Part shown: positions 1-8,622 of the stretch, one piece after another | Layout of the letters: each line of letters opens with the position of its first letter | How positions within the stretch are numbered: position 1 is the stretch's first letter | NCBI RefSeq assembly: GCF_001461035.1 | Contig: NZ_LNAM01000024.1 | Coordinates: forward strand, 16,145-56,144 | Source: Acetivibrio ethanolgignens | Lineage (GTDB): Bacteria; Bacillota; Clostridia; Lachnospirales; Lachnospiraceae | Reading direction: 5' to 3' | Length of the DNA stretch: 40,000 bases | Position numbers and translations under genes: made by a program | Notes under the pieces: model-generated | Database searches by the model: none | Seen by the model: the letters and a program-made list of their open reading frames with translations, nothing else | Told to the model about the DNA's origin: nothing

Positions 1-193
1 CTTCAAAGGTAGCATTGGCAACTGGTGGCTGTCCTTCCTCTTGAAAACTTAAACCCCAGTTTCCTTCAGCTGACTGAAGCTGGCCTTGTGCCGTAGGCTG
101 GACGAGAAATCTGTCTACAGCCATGGCACTAAAGCGGCCGGCAAAGAAACAGGCCGCCAAGAGAAGACCAACACGAATGGATTTTGCTATCAT
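1..193 (-). CDS. Secreted protein, N-terminal part only (gene runs off the left edge); possibly polysaccharide deacetylase family
   Basis: ATG at 193 on the minus strand. Translation MIAKSIRVGLLLAACFFAGRFSAMAVDRF... looks like a signal peptide. The following NWGLSFQEEGQPPVANATFE resembles the region preceding the catalytic domain of PdaA/PdaB-type deacetylases (from memory, not searched). Confidence 0.55.
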   Translation of the reverse strand, partial: MIAKSIRVGLLLAACFFAGRFSAMAVDRFLVQPTAQGQLQSAEGNWGLSFQEEGQPPVANATFE

Positions 194-270
194 ATTCTTC
201 CTTTCAAACAACTTTACAGAAAATCTTAATTTATGTATATTGGAAAAAGAGAAGTTTCATGTTTCGTTTC

Positions 271-300
271 TGAAACTTTTTTAAAGGTTATACTGTCTAA
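271..300 (+). promoter_or_regulatory. Putative ECF-type (autoregulated) promoter TGAAAC-N17-TGTCTAA upstream of the sigma factor gene
   Basis: TGAAAC at 271-276 and TGTC at 294-297 match the AAC/CGTC-type architecture of group-IV sigma promoters. It lies about 50 nt upstream of the TTG start at 350. Confidence 0.4.
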
Positions 301-349
301 TAGATATAAAGGAAAAACGTCATGACGACCCCGACAGGAGGTAAATAAT

Positions 350-862
350 TTGGGTAGAAAAGAAAAAGCAGACAAGGTGAGTGAAACCTTGCTGGAAAAT
401 TATGAAAGACTTTACCGGTTTGCCTACTCTTATGTCTCCAACGAACAGGATGCCATGGATATTGTTCAGGAGGCCGCATATAAAGCTATACGAAGCTGTG
501 AAACCTTGAAAAATGAAAATTATACAATAAGCTGGCTATTTACGATTGTACGTAATCTGGCACTGGATGTACAGGAAAAACGAAAAAGGGAGCAGCCAGG
601 ACTTATAGAGGAATATTTGGAAAATAAGGAGGAATTTATCGTACAGATCCAGGATAACTGTGCCACAGAGCTTAGGGAGGCTTTAAAGCTGCTAGAGGAG
701 AAGGAAAGAACGATTATTGTGCTCCGGTTCTTTGAGGATAAGAAGCTAAGTGAGATTGCGGAAATCATGGGTGAGAATATTAATACAATAAAATCCAGGC
801 TTTACAGAGCTTTGCAGAAGCTGAGGATAGAGCTTGGAGATATGGCATATTTTGTAGGATAG
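350..862 (+). CDS. ECF (sigma-70 family, group IV) RNA polymerase sigma factor
   Basis: 170 aa. Region 2 motif DAMDIVQEAAYKA and region 4 HTH LSEIAEIMGENINTIKSRLYRALQKLR. RBS AGGAGG before the TTG start. Followed by an anti-sigma gene. Confidence 0.9.
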   Translation: MGRKEKADKVSETLLENYERLYRFAYSYVSNEQDAMDIVQEAAYKAIRSCETLKNENYTISWLFTIVRNLALDVQEKRKREQPGLIEEYLENKEEFIVQIQDNCATELREALKLLEEKERTIIVLRFFEDKKLSEIAEIMGENINTIKSRLYRALQKLRIELGDMAYFVG

Positions 863-881
863 TAAAGAATGGAGGAAGCTT

Positions 882-1796
882 ATGAATCAGAAGATGGAAG
901 AATTAAAACGGCAGTACGAGGAAATACCGATGCCGGAGGAACTAAAAGGGAAGGTAGAGGAGGCCATTAAAAGAGGCCAGGAGGCAGAAAGAAGAGAAAA
1001 GTACAGTAAAAAGAGAGGTGGCTGGCTTCTTATACTGAAAGGTGGAGGAGCTGTTGCGGCAGCGGCTTTACTTTCGATTGTAGTTTTGTCCAATACATCG
1101 GCTGAAACCGCCTATGCACTAGAAAACATTCCGGTTATTGGTGCAATCAGCCGGGTAGTAACCTTGAGTACCTTTGCAGATAAGCAGGGAGATTATGAAG
1201 CTAGCATCGATACACCAAAGATTGAAAGTGAAGAAGGAGAAAAAAAGAATCTGACCGAAGGAAAAGTAAACCTGAATCAAACAATGGCTGATTATACGGA
1301 AACGATTGAAAAGGCTTATGAGGCTGATTTAAAAGCAGCGGGTGACCTTGGTAAGGAAACGGTGGATACCAGCTATCAGGTATTGACAGATAATAAAAGG
1401 CTTCTGAGTATCCGTATTGATACAACTGTTGTTATGGCTAGCTCAAATGCCTTTTCAAAAATCTATCATCTAGATAAGACAACAGGAAAGCAGCTTGTAC
1501 TAAAGGACTTTTTTAGGCAGGATTCCAACTATATTGATGTGCTTACAGAGAGCCTGCTGAAACAGATGAAAAAGGCAAATGAAGAAGAGGAAGCGGCTTA
1601 CTTTATAGATACGGAGTATGGAGATGAGTTTAATTTTACACAGCTTGACCCGGAACAGAACTGCTACTGGGATGAAAAGGGAAATTTGGTAGTTGTATTT
1701 GATAAATACCAGGTTTCGGCAGGATGTATGGGCATGCCTGAATTAACAGTAGACCGTAATGTATTTTCAGAATGTCTGAAGCCAGAGTGGAAATGA
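882..1796 (+). CDS. Membrane anti-sigma factor with extracytoplasmic DUF4163/DUF3298-type domain (RsiV-like)
   Basis: 304 aa. Short cytoplasmic N-terminus, one TM segment (GGGAVAAAALLSIVVL), and a C-terminal domain ending in FDKYQVSAGCMGMPELTV, typical of DUF3298. Closely follows the sigma gene (19-nt gap). Confidence 0.8.
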   Translation: MNQKMEELKRQYEEIPMPEELKGKVEEAIKRGQEAERREKYSKKRGGWLLILKGGGAVAAAALLSIVVLSNTSAETAYALENIPVIGAISRVVTLSTFADKQGDYEASIDTPKIESEEGEKKNLTEGKVNLNQTMADYTETIEKAYEADLKAAGDLGKETVDTSYQVLTDNKRLLSIRIDTTVVMASSNAFSKIYHLDKTTGKQLVLKDFFRQDSNYIDVLTESLLKQMKKANEEEEAAYFIDTEYGDEFNFTQLDPEQNCYWDEKGNLVVVFDKYQVSAGCMGMPELTVDRNVFSECLKPEWK

Positions 1797-1885
1797 TACA
1801 GAAAATACAACAAAATTCTTGTCTTTTCCTAGAAGAAAGAATAGAATAGAAGCATAAAGTTAAAAAAGAAGGGAAGGTAAAAATT

Positions 1886-3316
1886 ATGCTTCGTACAAGA
1901 AAAGATAAAAAAATTATTCATGCAATTGTTCACATGCAGCCCGTAGAGAGGCAGAATGGCTCTCGGGAGCTTTTGGAAGTTCATGAAAGACTGATGAAGG
2001 GAAGAAAATCCTTTGAGGAGGTTGTTAGCAATACGCTTACTTCAGCAATGGGAATGAGTGCCTTGGATTTGCAGGTGAGTGACCGGGTGGAAGAACTCCA
2101 GAATATCAGCAGTGACTTATCTGTGCTGACCGGTGACTTAAAGGAAACCTCCAGACAGACGACGGAGATTACAAATGAGGTTTCCAAATCTCATGAGATG
2201 TTATCAGCTTCCATTGCAGAAATTTCCTCCAATACAGCAGATAGCTTAGAGGAAATTGAAAAAAGCCAGAAAAATATTGAAAACATTAAAGGCTTGTCCC
2301 ATCAGGCCTCCGAAGACTCTAAAAAAATGCAGGCAGATATGGCAGCGCTGATGTCAGTAATTGACCAGATGCAGACGGTAATTGCAAATATTAATGCAAT
2401 TTCCGGCCAGACCAATCTGCTTGCTTTGAATGCCTCTATAGAGGCAGCCAGAGCGGGTGAGGCCGGGGCAGGCTTTGCTGTCGTTGCAGATGAAATCCGT
2501 CAGCTGGCTGATGAAACAAAGGCACTGACAGACAATATGGGGAAATTTGTAGGAGATATCCAGGCAGCCTCCAGCCAGAGTGTTGAGAGTGTGGAGACAA
2601 CAGTAAAGGCATTGGAGCAGATAAACGATAACCTTACTGTTGTAGTTGAGGTAAATACAGATAACCGTGAACGTTTGAAAGAGATAAATGAAAGCCTTAC
2701 CAATATTGCTGCTACAGGTGAGGAAATCAGCAGCTCCATGAATGATGTGGGTAGCCATATCAGTTATTTGGATCAAAGACTGGAGGGACTTAATGCGGAT
2801 GCAAAGAACCTGGATCAGGTGAGTCAGCAGCTGTCCAAGGTAATAGCACCAATGTGTGCGATTGAAGATAATCTGAAAAATACGGCCCAGAGAATGGGGA
2901 AAATGGCACATGACACCTTCTATATGCCAGATAATGCCATGTTTATAGAAAACGTAAATAAGGCCGTTGAGGCACATAAGAACTGGTTGAAAACACTGGA
3001 TAAGATGATTTGTAATGAAAAAGCGCAGCCGCTGCAGACAAATGAGCATAAATGTGGATTTGGACATTTTTACTATGCAGTTGAGCCAAAGAATAAGGAG
3101 ATTCAGGCTATATGGAAAGGAATTGAAGGAAAGCACAAGCAGCTACATGGTTATGGAGCCCAGGCGATTACTGCATTGAAGCATGGCAATCCAGAGGAGG
3201 CGAGAACTGCTTATAAAAAGTCAGAGGATATTTCGAAGACCCTTCTGGCTGATTTTGATACGATAATTAAGCTGTCTCAGAAGCTGGACAAGGAGGGTAT
3301 CCGGGTATTTGAGTAA
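1886..3316 (+). CDS. Soluble methyl-accepting chemotaxis protein with C-terminal CZB (chemoreceptor zinc-binding) domain
   Basis: 476 aa. Highly conserved MCP signalling hairpin [37 protein letters not shown]. No TM segments. The C-terminus carries the CZB signature H-x2-W...C-G-F-G-H-F...H-x3-H (HKNWLKTL...[10 protein letters not shown]...GKHKQLH). Confidence 0.9.
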   Translation: MLRTRKDKKIIHAIVHMQPVERQNGSRELLEVHERLMKGRKSFEEVVSNTLTSAMGMSALDLQVSDRVEELQNISSDLSVLTGDLKETSRQTTEITNEVSKSHEMLSASIAEISSNTADSLEEIEKSQKNIENIKGLSHQASEDSKKMQADMAALMSVIDQMQTVIANINAISGQTNLLALNASIEAARAGEAGAGFAVVADEIRQLADETKALTDNMGKFVGDIQAASSQSVESVETTVKALEQINDNLTVVVEVNTDNRERLKEINESLTNIAATGEEISSSMNDVGSHISYLDQRLEGLNADAKNLDQVSQQLSKVIAPMCAIEDNLKNTAQRMGKMAHDTFYMPDNAMFIENVNKAVEAHKNWLKTLDKMICNEKAQPLQTNEHKCGFGHFYYAVEPKNKEIQAIWKGIEGKHKQLHGYGAQAITALKHGNPEEARTAYKKSEDISKTLLADFDTIIKLSQKLDKEGIRVFE

Positions 3317-3354
3317 TACGATATCCAAAGAGAAACAAAAGGAGGCAGCAGACT

Positions 3355-5277
3355 GTGGAATATAATATCTGGTTTGATATATCTGGAATCCTTGTTCTGA
3401 TGGTAATTTTAATCAGTTTTTACATAGAAAATAACGTTCCGGTTATCCAGTACCAGTATTTCAAGAGGATGGTATGGATCGTGCTGCTGTCTGTAATTGC
3501 CGATTTGCTGATAGGCTTGTGGGGAAATCACCTTACTCAGGTGACAGCCGTATTTCCGATAGAGGTATCCGAGATACTCCATGTTGTTTATTTTGCTACG
3601 AAAAATGCGACACCACCGGCTTTTTTGCTTTATGTCCTCTCTGTTATGAATATCAGGGAAAAAACGATAAAGGGAATTTTAATACTTCTGATACCAGCAG
3701 CGATAGTAGAGGCTTTGATTTTTTTCAGCCCAGTAACAAACCTGATTTTTTATATTGATTCTGCTGGTGCGTATCATCGTGGACCGGCTCTTCCCTTTGC
3801 TTATGTAATTGCCGGTGCCTATATGGTATTTACCTTGGCACTTATGATTACATACCATAAGCTGGCTTCTGCGTTTCAGAGTGGAACTTTTGGAATCTTT
3901 ATTATGATGGCAATAATTACGGTTATTTTACAGGGCATTTTTCCAACATTTCTGGTAGAAGGATTTGGAATGGCAATTGGCTTACTGGCATGTTCTTTGG
4001 CGATTCAGAAGCCGGAGGAGATACTGGATGGTGCCACTGGTTTTTTAAATAAAAAGGTTTTTTCAGATTTGTGCAGGGCAAGATTTAAGGAAAAATCATC
4101 CTTTGCCGTACTGGTGATTGTTCTTGAAAATTATGATATCCTAGAGAAATCTTATGGGATTAATAATATTGAAAAGCTGGTATCAGAGGTGGCCGTTTAC
4201 CTTAAACGGTTTCAGGGGATTAGAGGCTGTCGGATAAGTGAGGATAAATTCTGCCTTTTGGAAAACAAGGCAGATGTTAAGACACTGGAGGATGCTATTG
4301 AACTGATAGACAGGCGATTCAAAAATGCCTGGAAGGTATCTGAATACAACGTAGTATTAGAAAGCTGCTGCTGTATGATACATTGTCCCCAGGATGCTTC
4401 TGATTTTCAGGAGCTTATGGATTTGATCGGAGCTGTCGCAAATCTCGGAAGAGAAGAGAATAGACATCTTATCCAGCTAAAGGAAATAGATTTGGAAGCG
4501 TTTTTCAGGCAGTGCAAAATTGAGAAGCTGGTAAAAGAAGCGGTGGAGAGGAATCTTTTGGAGGTTGTGTACCAGCCGATTTATTCTCCCAAAAAGAATC
4601 GTTTTTCTTCTGCAGAGGCATTGATACGGATGCGGGATGAAGAGCTTGGCAATATTTCTCCGGCAGAATTTATCCCGATTGCAGAGAAAAATGGTGCCAT
4701 AATAAAAATAGGAAAATATGTAATGGATACCGTATGCCGGTTTATGGCAGAGCATGATTTGAAAAAATATGGAATTGAGTATATTGAGGTAAATGTGTCT
4801 GCGGTAGAGTGCATGCAGGAGGACATGGTAGAGTGTGTGATGCATCATATCGCCTGTCATGACCTGGAGCCCAGACAGATTAATCTTGAAATTACAGAAA
4901 CAGCAATCAGCATTTTACCGGAAAGTATAAATGAGAAGATGGAACGTCTTTTGAAGGAAGGGGTTACCTTTTCTCTGGATGACTATGGCACTGGATATTC
5001 TAATTTAAGCCGTCTGGCAGCACTTCCGATAGAAATTGTTAAAGTTGATAAGACGATTGTACAGGCAGCCTTCGAGTCTGAAAAAATGAAAGTGATTTTG
5101 GATAATACCCTTGAGATGCTTGGCGGGCTGAAACGAAAGGTGCTTGTAGAGGGGGTAGAAAAAAAGGAACAGGCTGATTATTTGATTGAAAAGGGCTGTG
5201 ATTATATTCAAGGCTATTATTATGCAAAGCCAATGTCAGCAGATGATTTTTTAAAGCTCATAGAGAAACAAGTATAA
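3355..5277 (+). CDS. Membrane-bound c-di-GMP phosphodiesterase (multi-TM N-terminus, degenerate GGDEF, EAL domain)
   Basis: 640 aa, GTG start. About 6 hydrophobic helices. The middle domain lacks GG(D/E)EF (RISEDKF in its place). EAL motifs present: EVVYQPIY, EITE, DDYGTGYSNL, KVDK, EGVE, QGYYYAKP. Confidence 0.9.
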   Translation: MEYNIWFDISGILVLMVILISFYIENNVPVIQYQYFKRMVWIVLLSVIADLLIGLWGNHLTQVTAVFPIEVSEILHVVYFATKNATPPAFLLYVLSVMNIREKTIKGILILLIPAAIVEALIFFSPVTNLIFYIDSAGAYHRGPALPFAYVIAGAYMVFTLALMITYHKLASAFQSGTFGIFIMMAIITVILQGIFPTFLVEGFGMAIGLLACSLAIQKPEEILDGATGFLNKKVFSDLCRARFKEKSSFAVLVIVLENYDILEKSYGINNIEKLVSEVAVYLKRFQGIRGCRISEDKFCLLENKADVKTLEDAIELIDRRFKNAWKVSEYNVVLESCCCMIHCPQDASDFQELMDLIGAVANLGREENRHLIQLKEIDLEAFFRQCKIEKLVKEAVERNLLEVVYQPIYSPKKNRFSSAEALIRMRDEELGNISPAEFIPIAEKNGAIIKIGKYVMDTVCRFMAEHDLKKYGIEYIEVNVSAVECMQEDMVECVMHHIACHDLEPRQINLEITETAISILPESINEKMERLLKEGVTFSLDDYGTGYSNLSRLAALPIEIVKVDKTIVQAAFESEKMKVILDNTLEMLGGLKRKVLVEGVEKKEQADYLIEKGCDYIQGYYYAKPMSADDFLKLIEKQV

Positions 5278-5281
5278 AAGA

Positions 5282-5301
5282 GGAATGCCAAACAGCATTC
5301 C
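5282..5301. terminator. Bidirectional hairpin terminator between convergent genes
   Basis: GGAATGC (5282-5288) / GCATTCC (5295-5301), loop CAAACA, followed by CCTTTGCTTTTT on the plus strand. Sits between the EAL gene (+) and the catalase fragment (-). Confidence 0.6.
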
Positions 5302-5321
5302 CCTTTGCTTTTTGAAAAAAC

Positions 5322-5762
5322 TTAAGACTTCTGGCAGTCACAGGCAGCAGGCTTTACATCAAAACCAGGATTGAAGGCATAGAAATTCTTGAAATTCAAG
5401 TCATCCTGGACTCTTCGGAGAGCTTCGCCGAAACGCTGGAAATGAACCAGTTCTCTCTGGCGGAGGAAGCGGATTGGGTCGCAGACTTCAGGATCCTTTA
5501 CCAGCCGGAGAATATTGTCATAGGTGGAGCGTGCCTTTTGCTCGGCAGCCAAATCCTCAACCAGGTCGGTGATAGCATCACCCTTGGACTGGAATTCACA
5601 GGCATTAAACGGAATGCCTCCGGCAGCCTGCGGCCATAGACCGACCGTATGGTCAACATAGTAGTTTGCAAAGCCGGTGTTTTCGATTTCCTCCGGCGTC
5701 AGGTCGCGAGTCAGCTGGTGAACGATGGTAGATATCATTTCCATGTGTGCCAGCTCATTAGC
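5322..5762 (-). pseudogene. Manganese catalase (CotJC family), 3' fragment only, truncated by prophage insertion
   Basis: Translation ...ANELAHMEMISTIVHQLTRDLTPEEI...AAEQKARSTYD...IRFLRQRELVHFQRF matches the region of Mn catalases/CotJC starting at the TEE(F/L)AH(L/M)EMI metal-binding helix. The roughly 65-70 N-terminal residues are missing. The frame is closed by TGA/TAA at 5763-5768. Confidence 0.85.
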
Positions 5763-5782
5763 TCATTAATGTTGGAAGTGTT
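5745..5782. other. Left prophage/host junction (attL region)
   Basis: Catalase homology ends around 5756-5762. The integrase stop codon is at 5783-5785. A tandem 8-mer GCTCATTA GCTCATTA lies at 5753-5768, right at the breakpoint. Confidence 0.6.
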
Positions 5783-7426
5783 CTATAACAATAACTTTAC
5801 ATTAATTTCAAACGGTGTTTCCGACCAATTGCCGCCTGCTTTCAGCTTAACATCCTTCTGTGTATCTTTTTTTAATCTTTGTGACTGTTCTCTCCTGTAT
5901 TCAATTCTGCTAATACAGTTTTTTAATAACTGATTCTTTTTCTGTGCAGATGCATCAGGATTTCTTAGTGCGGAAAGAGCATCTTTAAATTTTATGATTT
6001 TTTCTTCATAAGAAATTGGCTCTGGCATTGATGCATAAGCTTCTCGTAAGGAATTTTGAACTTCTTCTTTCTCCTTTAAAAGTTTTTCATTGAGTTGCTT
6101 AAATATCTCTTGTGGCATTCTATTTGAAGGGTCAGGGTCAGCCTGTGCCTCCCACTGTGCTAGTTCCTTAGCTTGCAAATCTTGGAGCTTTTTTTCAAGG
6201 TGTTTTATTATGTCTGCTTGAATTTTAGCAGAGTCCTTACCATCATTTCTAAGTAAAATTTCAAAATCATGAATAGAATCTTCCAGAACTTCACATACCT
6301 TTTCTATTAATTCATCGTATAAGCAAGAGGTTGTGTGGCAATACTTTTGTCCATCGCATAATAGTCTTGGAGAGCAGCGTTCGCTTCCATCTGAATTTTT
6401 ATAGAATCTCAAAGACATTGCTCTGCCGCAGCTACAATATAAAAGACCTGCCAGTGGATTTCTGATTTTGGTTTTTGCCTTTGCTCTATGATTTCTGCCT
6501 TGCTTTTCCTGTGCGGCTTCAAAGAGTTCTTCAGAAATTATAGCTTTATGCCGGCCTTCATAGATTAGGAACTCTCCCATGCGTGCCTTAGGCCTTGTCT
6601 TAATAATTTCACTGTCCTCGACGACAGTTACAGTTTTTCTCCAGTTCCATTTTACCTTTCCGATATAATGTATATTTTCAAGCATATCTTTCAGAGCGGC
6701 AGGGGACCAGTGTATACCTTTAGGCGGTTTGATTCCCATATCGTCCAAATAATTACATATACTGGCCCTTCTCATGTCTTTATTTACATATAATTCAAAA
6801 ATCATACGGATAACGTCGGCTTGCTCAGGATTTTCAACCAGGGTAGGACATTTCCTTTTCCCATCCAGAATAAAGGCTTTATCATAGCCATATGGAGGAA
6901 CAGAACCGATATAATTGCCCTGACTGACTGAAAGTAGTCTGCCTCTGCTCAATATCTTTTTGGTGTACTCCAGATAATCATTTCCGCGTTTTAACTCTCT
7001 TTCAAAGGCATCCCAGTCATATTCATCCTGCAAATCATAAATCCTTTGTGGAGTGATAATTAGGGTGTGAGTATGTTTAAAAAGCTTCATTAGCCGACCA
7101 ATGTCCTCTAAATCACCTCTTGTCAGACGTTGAGGCTCTACAATGCATACAGCTTTGATTTTAGGAGATTCTATCTGCCTGAGTACTTTATTGATTTCTG
7201 GTCTTTCCTTTAATGTTTCCCCAGAAACAACTTCTCTATATTTATTTTCCTCCGGTATCTTTTCACCAAGGCTTTTTTCTGCCCATTCATCCAAAATAGT
7301 TTCATGTTTCTCCAAGACTTCTTCAACAGACAGCATAGGATCATCAGAACGGGATTTCCTCAAATATACAATTATTTCATCTTTTTTTAGGTTTTCTAAA
7401 TTATATTTCATAAATTCATAGTTCAT
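5783..7426 (-). CDS. Large serine recombinase (phage integrase)
   Basis: 547 aa. N-terminal resolvase domain with catalytic Ser context IIVYLRKSRSDDP. Recombinase domain (VPPYGYD, VENPEQADVIRMIFELY). Cys-rich zinc ribbon (LLYCSCGRAMSL...CDGQKYCHTTSC). C-terminal coiled coil. Confidence 0.95.
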   Translation of the reverse strand: MNYEFMKYNLENLKKDEIIVYLRKSRSDDPMLSVEEVLEKHETILDEWAEKSLGEKIPEENKYREVVSGETLKERPEINKVLRQIESPKIKAVCIVEPQRLTRGDLEDIGRLMKLFKHTHTLIITPQRIYDLQDEYDWDAFERELKRGNDYLEYTKKILSRGRLLSVSQGNYIGSVPPYGYDKAFILDGKRKCPTLVENPEQADVIRMIFELYVNKDMRRASICNYLDDMGIKPPKGIHWSPAALKDMLENIHYIGKVKWNWRKTVTVVEDSEIIKTRPKARMGEFLIYEGRHKAIISEELFEAAQEKQGRNHRAKAKTKIRNPLAGLLYCSCGRAMSLRFYKNSDGSERCSPRLLCDGQKYCHTTSCLYDELIEKVCEVLEDSIHDFEILLRNDGKDSAKIQADIIKHLEKKLQDLQAKELAQWEAQADPDPSNRMPQEIFKQLNEKLLKEKEEVQNSLREAYASMPEPISYEEKIIKFKDALSALRNPDASAQKKNQLLKNCISRIEYRREQSQRLKKDTQKDVKLKAGGNWSETPFEINVKLLL

Positions 7427-7499
7427 ATTACCACTCCTATCTTAAAATTTATGAAAAATAGTATAAAAAATACACCTACTTGCCAGAACAGGTGCAGGA

Positions 7500-7538
7500 G
7501 TGATATAATATGACTTGTCTAGGGAGATATTATATCAC
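7500..7538. promoter_or_regulatory. Perfect 12-bp inverted repeat upstream of the integrase gene
   Basis: GTGATATAATAT (7500-7511) and ATATTATATCAC (7527-7538), separated by 15 nt. Each arm contains TATAAT on one strand. It lies 74-112 nt upstream of the integrase ATG. Confidence 0.35.
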
Positions 7539-7568
7539 TTTGGCTTGTCCGGTATAGTATCTATAAAA

Positions 7569-7603
7569 GCCGTTTCTGTTGGTAGCAGAGGCGGTTTTTA
7601 TTT
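7569..7603. terminator. Hairpin plus T-run immediately downstream of the Abi gene
   Basis: GCCGTTTCTG (7569-7578) / CAGAGGCGGT (7586-7595). The pairing includes G-U pairs on the plus strand and two mismatches on the minus strand. Flanked by T-runs on both strands. Located directly after the stop codon at 7604. Confidence 0.45.
7579..7599. repeat. Cassette boundary repeat R2, copy a (TTGGTAGCAGAGGCGGTTTTT)
   Basis: 20 of 21 identical to 9182-9202. Lies directly downstream of the Abi gene stop. Confidence 0.8.
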
Positions 7604-8617
7604 TTATAAAAATCTACGCTCAAAGAGGTTATTTAGGCGAGAAAATAAGTCATTTGGAAATCCAAATACTTCAAAAACATTTTTAGTGTTAAAATGAGTA
7701 TCTTGATTAGCATAAGGAGAAAGAAGCGAATACAATTCTTCATAAAAATTTCGTAAGACATATTGGTCATTTAATAAAATGTTAAGAGCAAGCAATACAG
7801 CCATAACATCGTTTTGCCCCATCTTAGAATTATATTCTTCTTCTATAATTGTATTAAAACTAAGTGTCAATAGCTGCTTTTTAGGAAGTTGCGGTAGGTT
7901 TAATGCACTAAATGTTCTATTTCCATGTGCAATTTTGTTTCTATATTCTTTAGTAAGTTCAAGAGATTTTCTCATAAATTCTTTAGTTTCTTCAATAGTA
8001 AGGATGCCAGAAGAAATAAAAGAATTACAAATAGACTCTTTATCACAGCTTTTCAGTATGTTATACCATTCAATAGTTAAACCATAAGAAAGATTTGTAA
8101 TTAAAATCCAAGCTGGAATATGATTACGATGGTTAATGTAGTGCTGCATACTTGGATTATTTCTTGACTGGTGAATACTTTCTTTTAAACCAATCAGGAT
8201 ATTGATACGTTTTCTATTGGAGTTTGTATAATTGCTTTTGCATAAATAGTCACTAGGGTTAGAGAAACTTCTGTCACTGGCGTCTGTAAATACACCATAT
8301 TTTTCTGATACCAGATATGATATTCTTGATTTTAAAGCTTTTTCTAAATACAAAATATACTTAAAAATTATGCTGTTTAAAGATACATCCAAAAGATGGA
8401 GTGTATATAACTCTTCAAATTTAGTACCATTAATAAAATCATCGGAATCTGGAATTTGAAGAAATGTATTTTTGTATGCATTAATTAACCCATAGTAAGA
8501 AAGATTTTGCAGAGCAGTTATCGCAAACTCCTTGTCTTCAACAATGATATTACGACTTTCCATAAGCGCAATCATTTGTTCATATGTTTTGAATGGTTTA
8601 TCATATGTGTTGTTCAA
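7604..8617 (-). CDS. Abi_2 family (AbiD/AbiF-like) abortive-infection protein
   Basis: Motifs DKPFKTYEQMIALMESRNIIV, LSYYGLINAYKNTF, FEELYTLHLLDVSLNSIIFKYILYLEKALKSRISY and NKIAHGNRTF match the Abi_2 family as I remember it. Preferred start is TTG at 8617, 9 nt after GGAAGGAGGG. The tracked ORF extends to ATG 8758 but would run through a terminator-like hairpin and overlap the upstream gene. Confidence 0.85.
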   Translation of the reverse strand: MNNTYDKPFKTYEQMIALMESRNIIVEDKEFAITALQNLSYYGLINAYKNTFLQIPDSDDFINGTKFEELYTLHLLDVSLNSIIFKYILYLEKALKSRISYLVSEKYGVFTDASDRSFSNPSDYLCKSNYTNSNRKRINILIGLKESIHQSRNNPSMQHYINHRNHIPAWILITNLSYGLTIEWYNILKSCDKESICNSFISSGILTIEETKEFMRKSLELTKEYRNKIAHGNRTFSALNLPQLPKKQLLTLSFNTIIEEEYNSKMGQNDVMAVLLALNILLNDQYVLRNFYEELYSLLSPYANQDTHFNTKNVFEVFGFPNDLFSRLNNLFERRFL

Positions 8618-8622
8618 AAGAA

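Noticed and set aside
2354-3136. 260-aa minus-strand ORF, plus 2500..2739 and 1981..2187, inside the MCP gene
   Set aside because: These are shadow ORFs antisense to a confidently identified gene. They have low-complexity Leu/Cys/Ile-rich translations and no RBS.
7515-7697. 60-aa plus-strand ORF spanning the int/Abi intergenic region
   Set aside because: It has a non-ATG start and no RBS, crosses a terminator hairpin and overlaps the Abi 3' end. Its composition looks like random AT-rich sequence.
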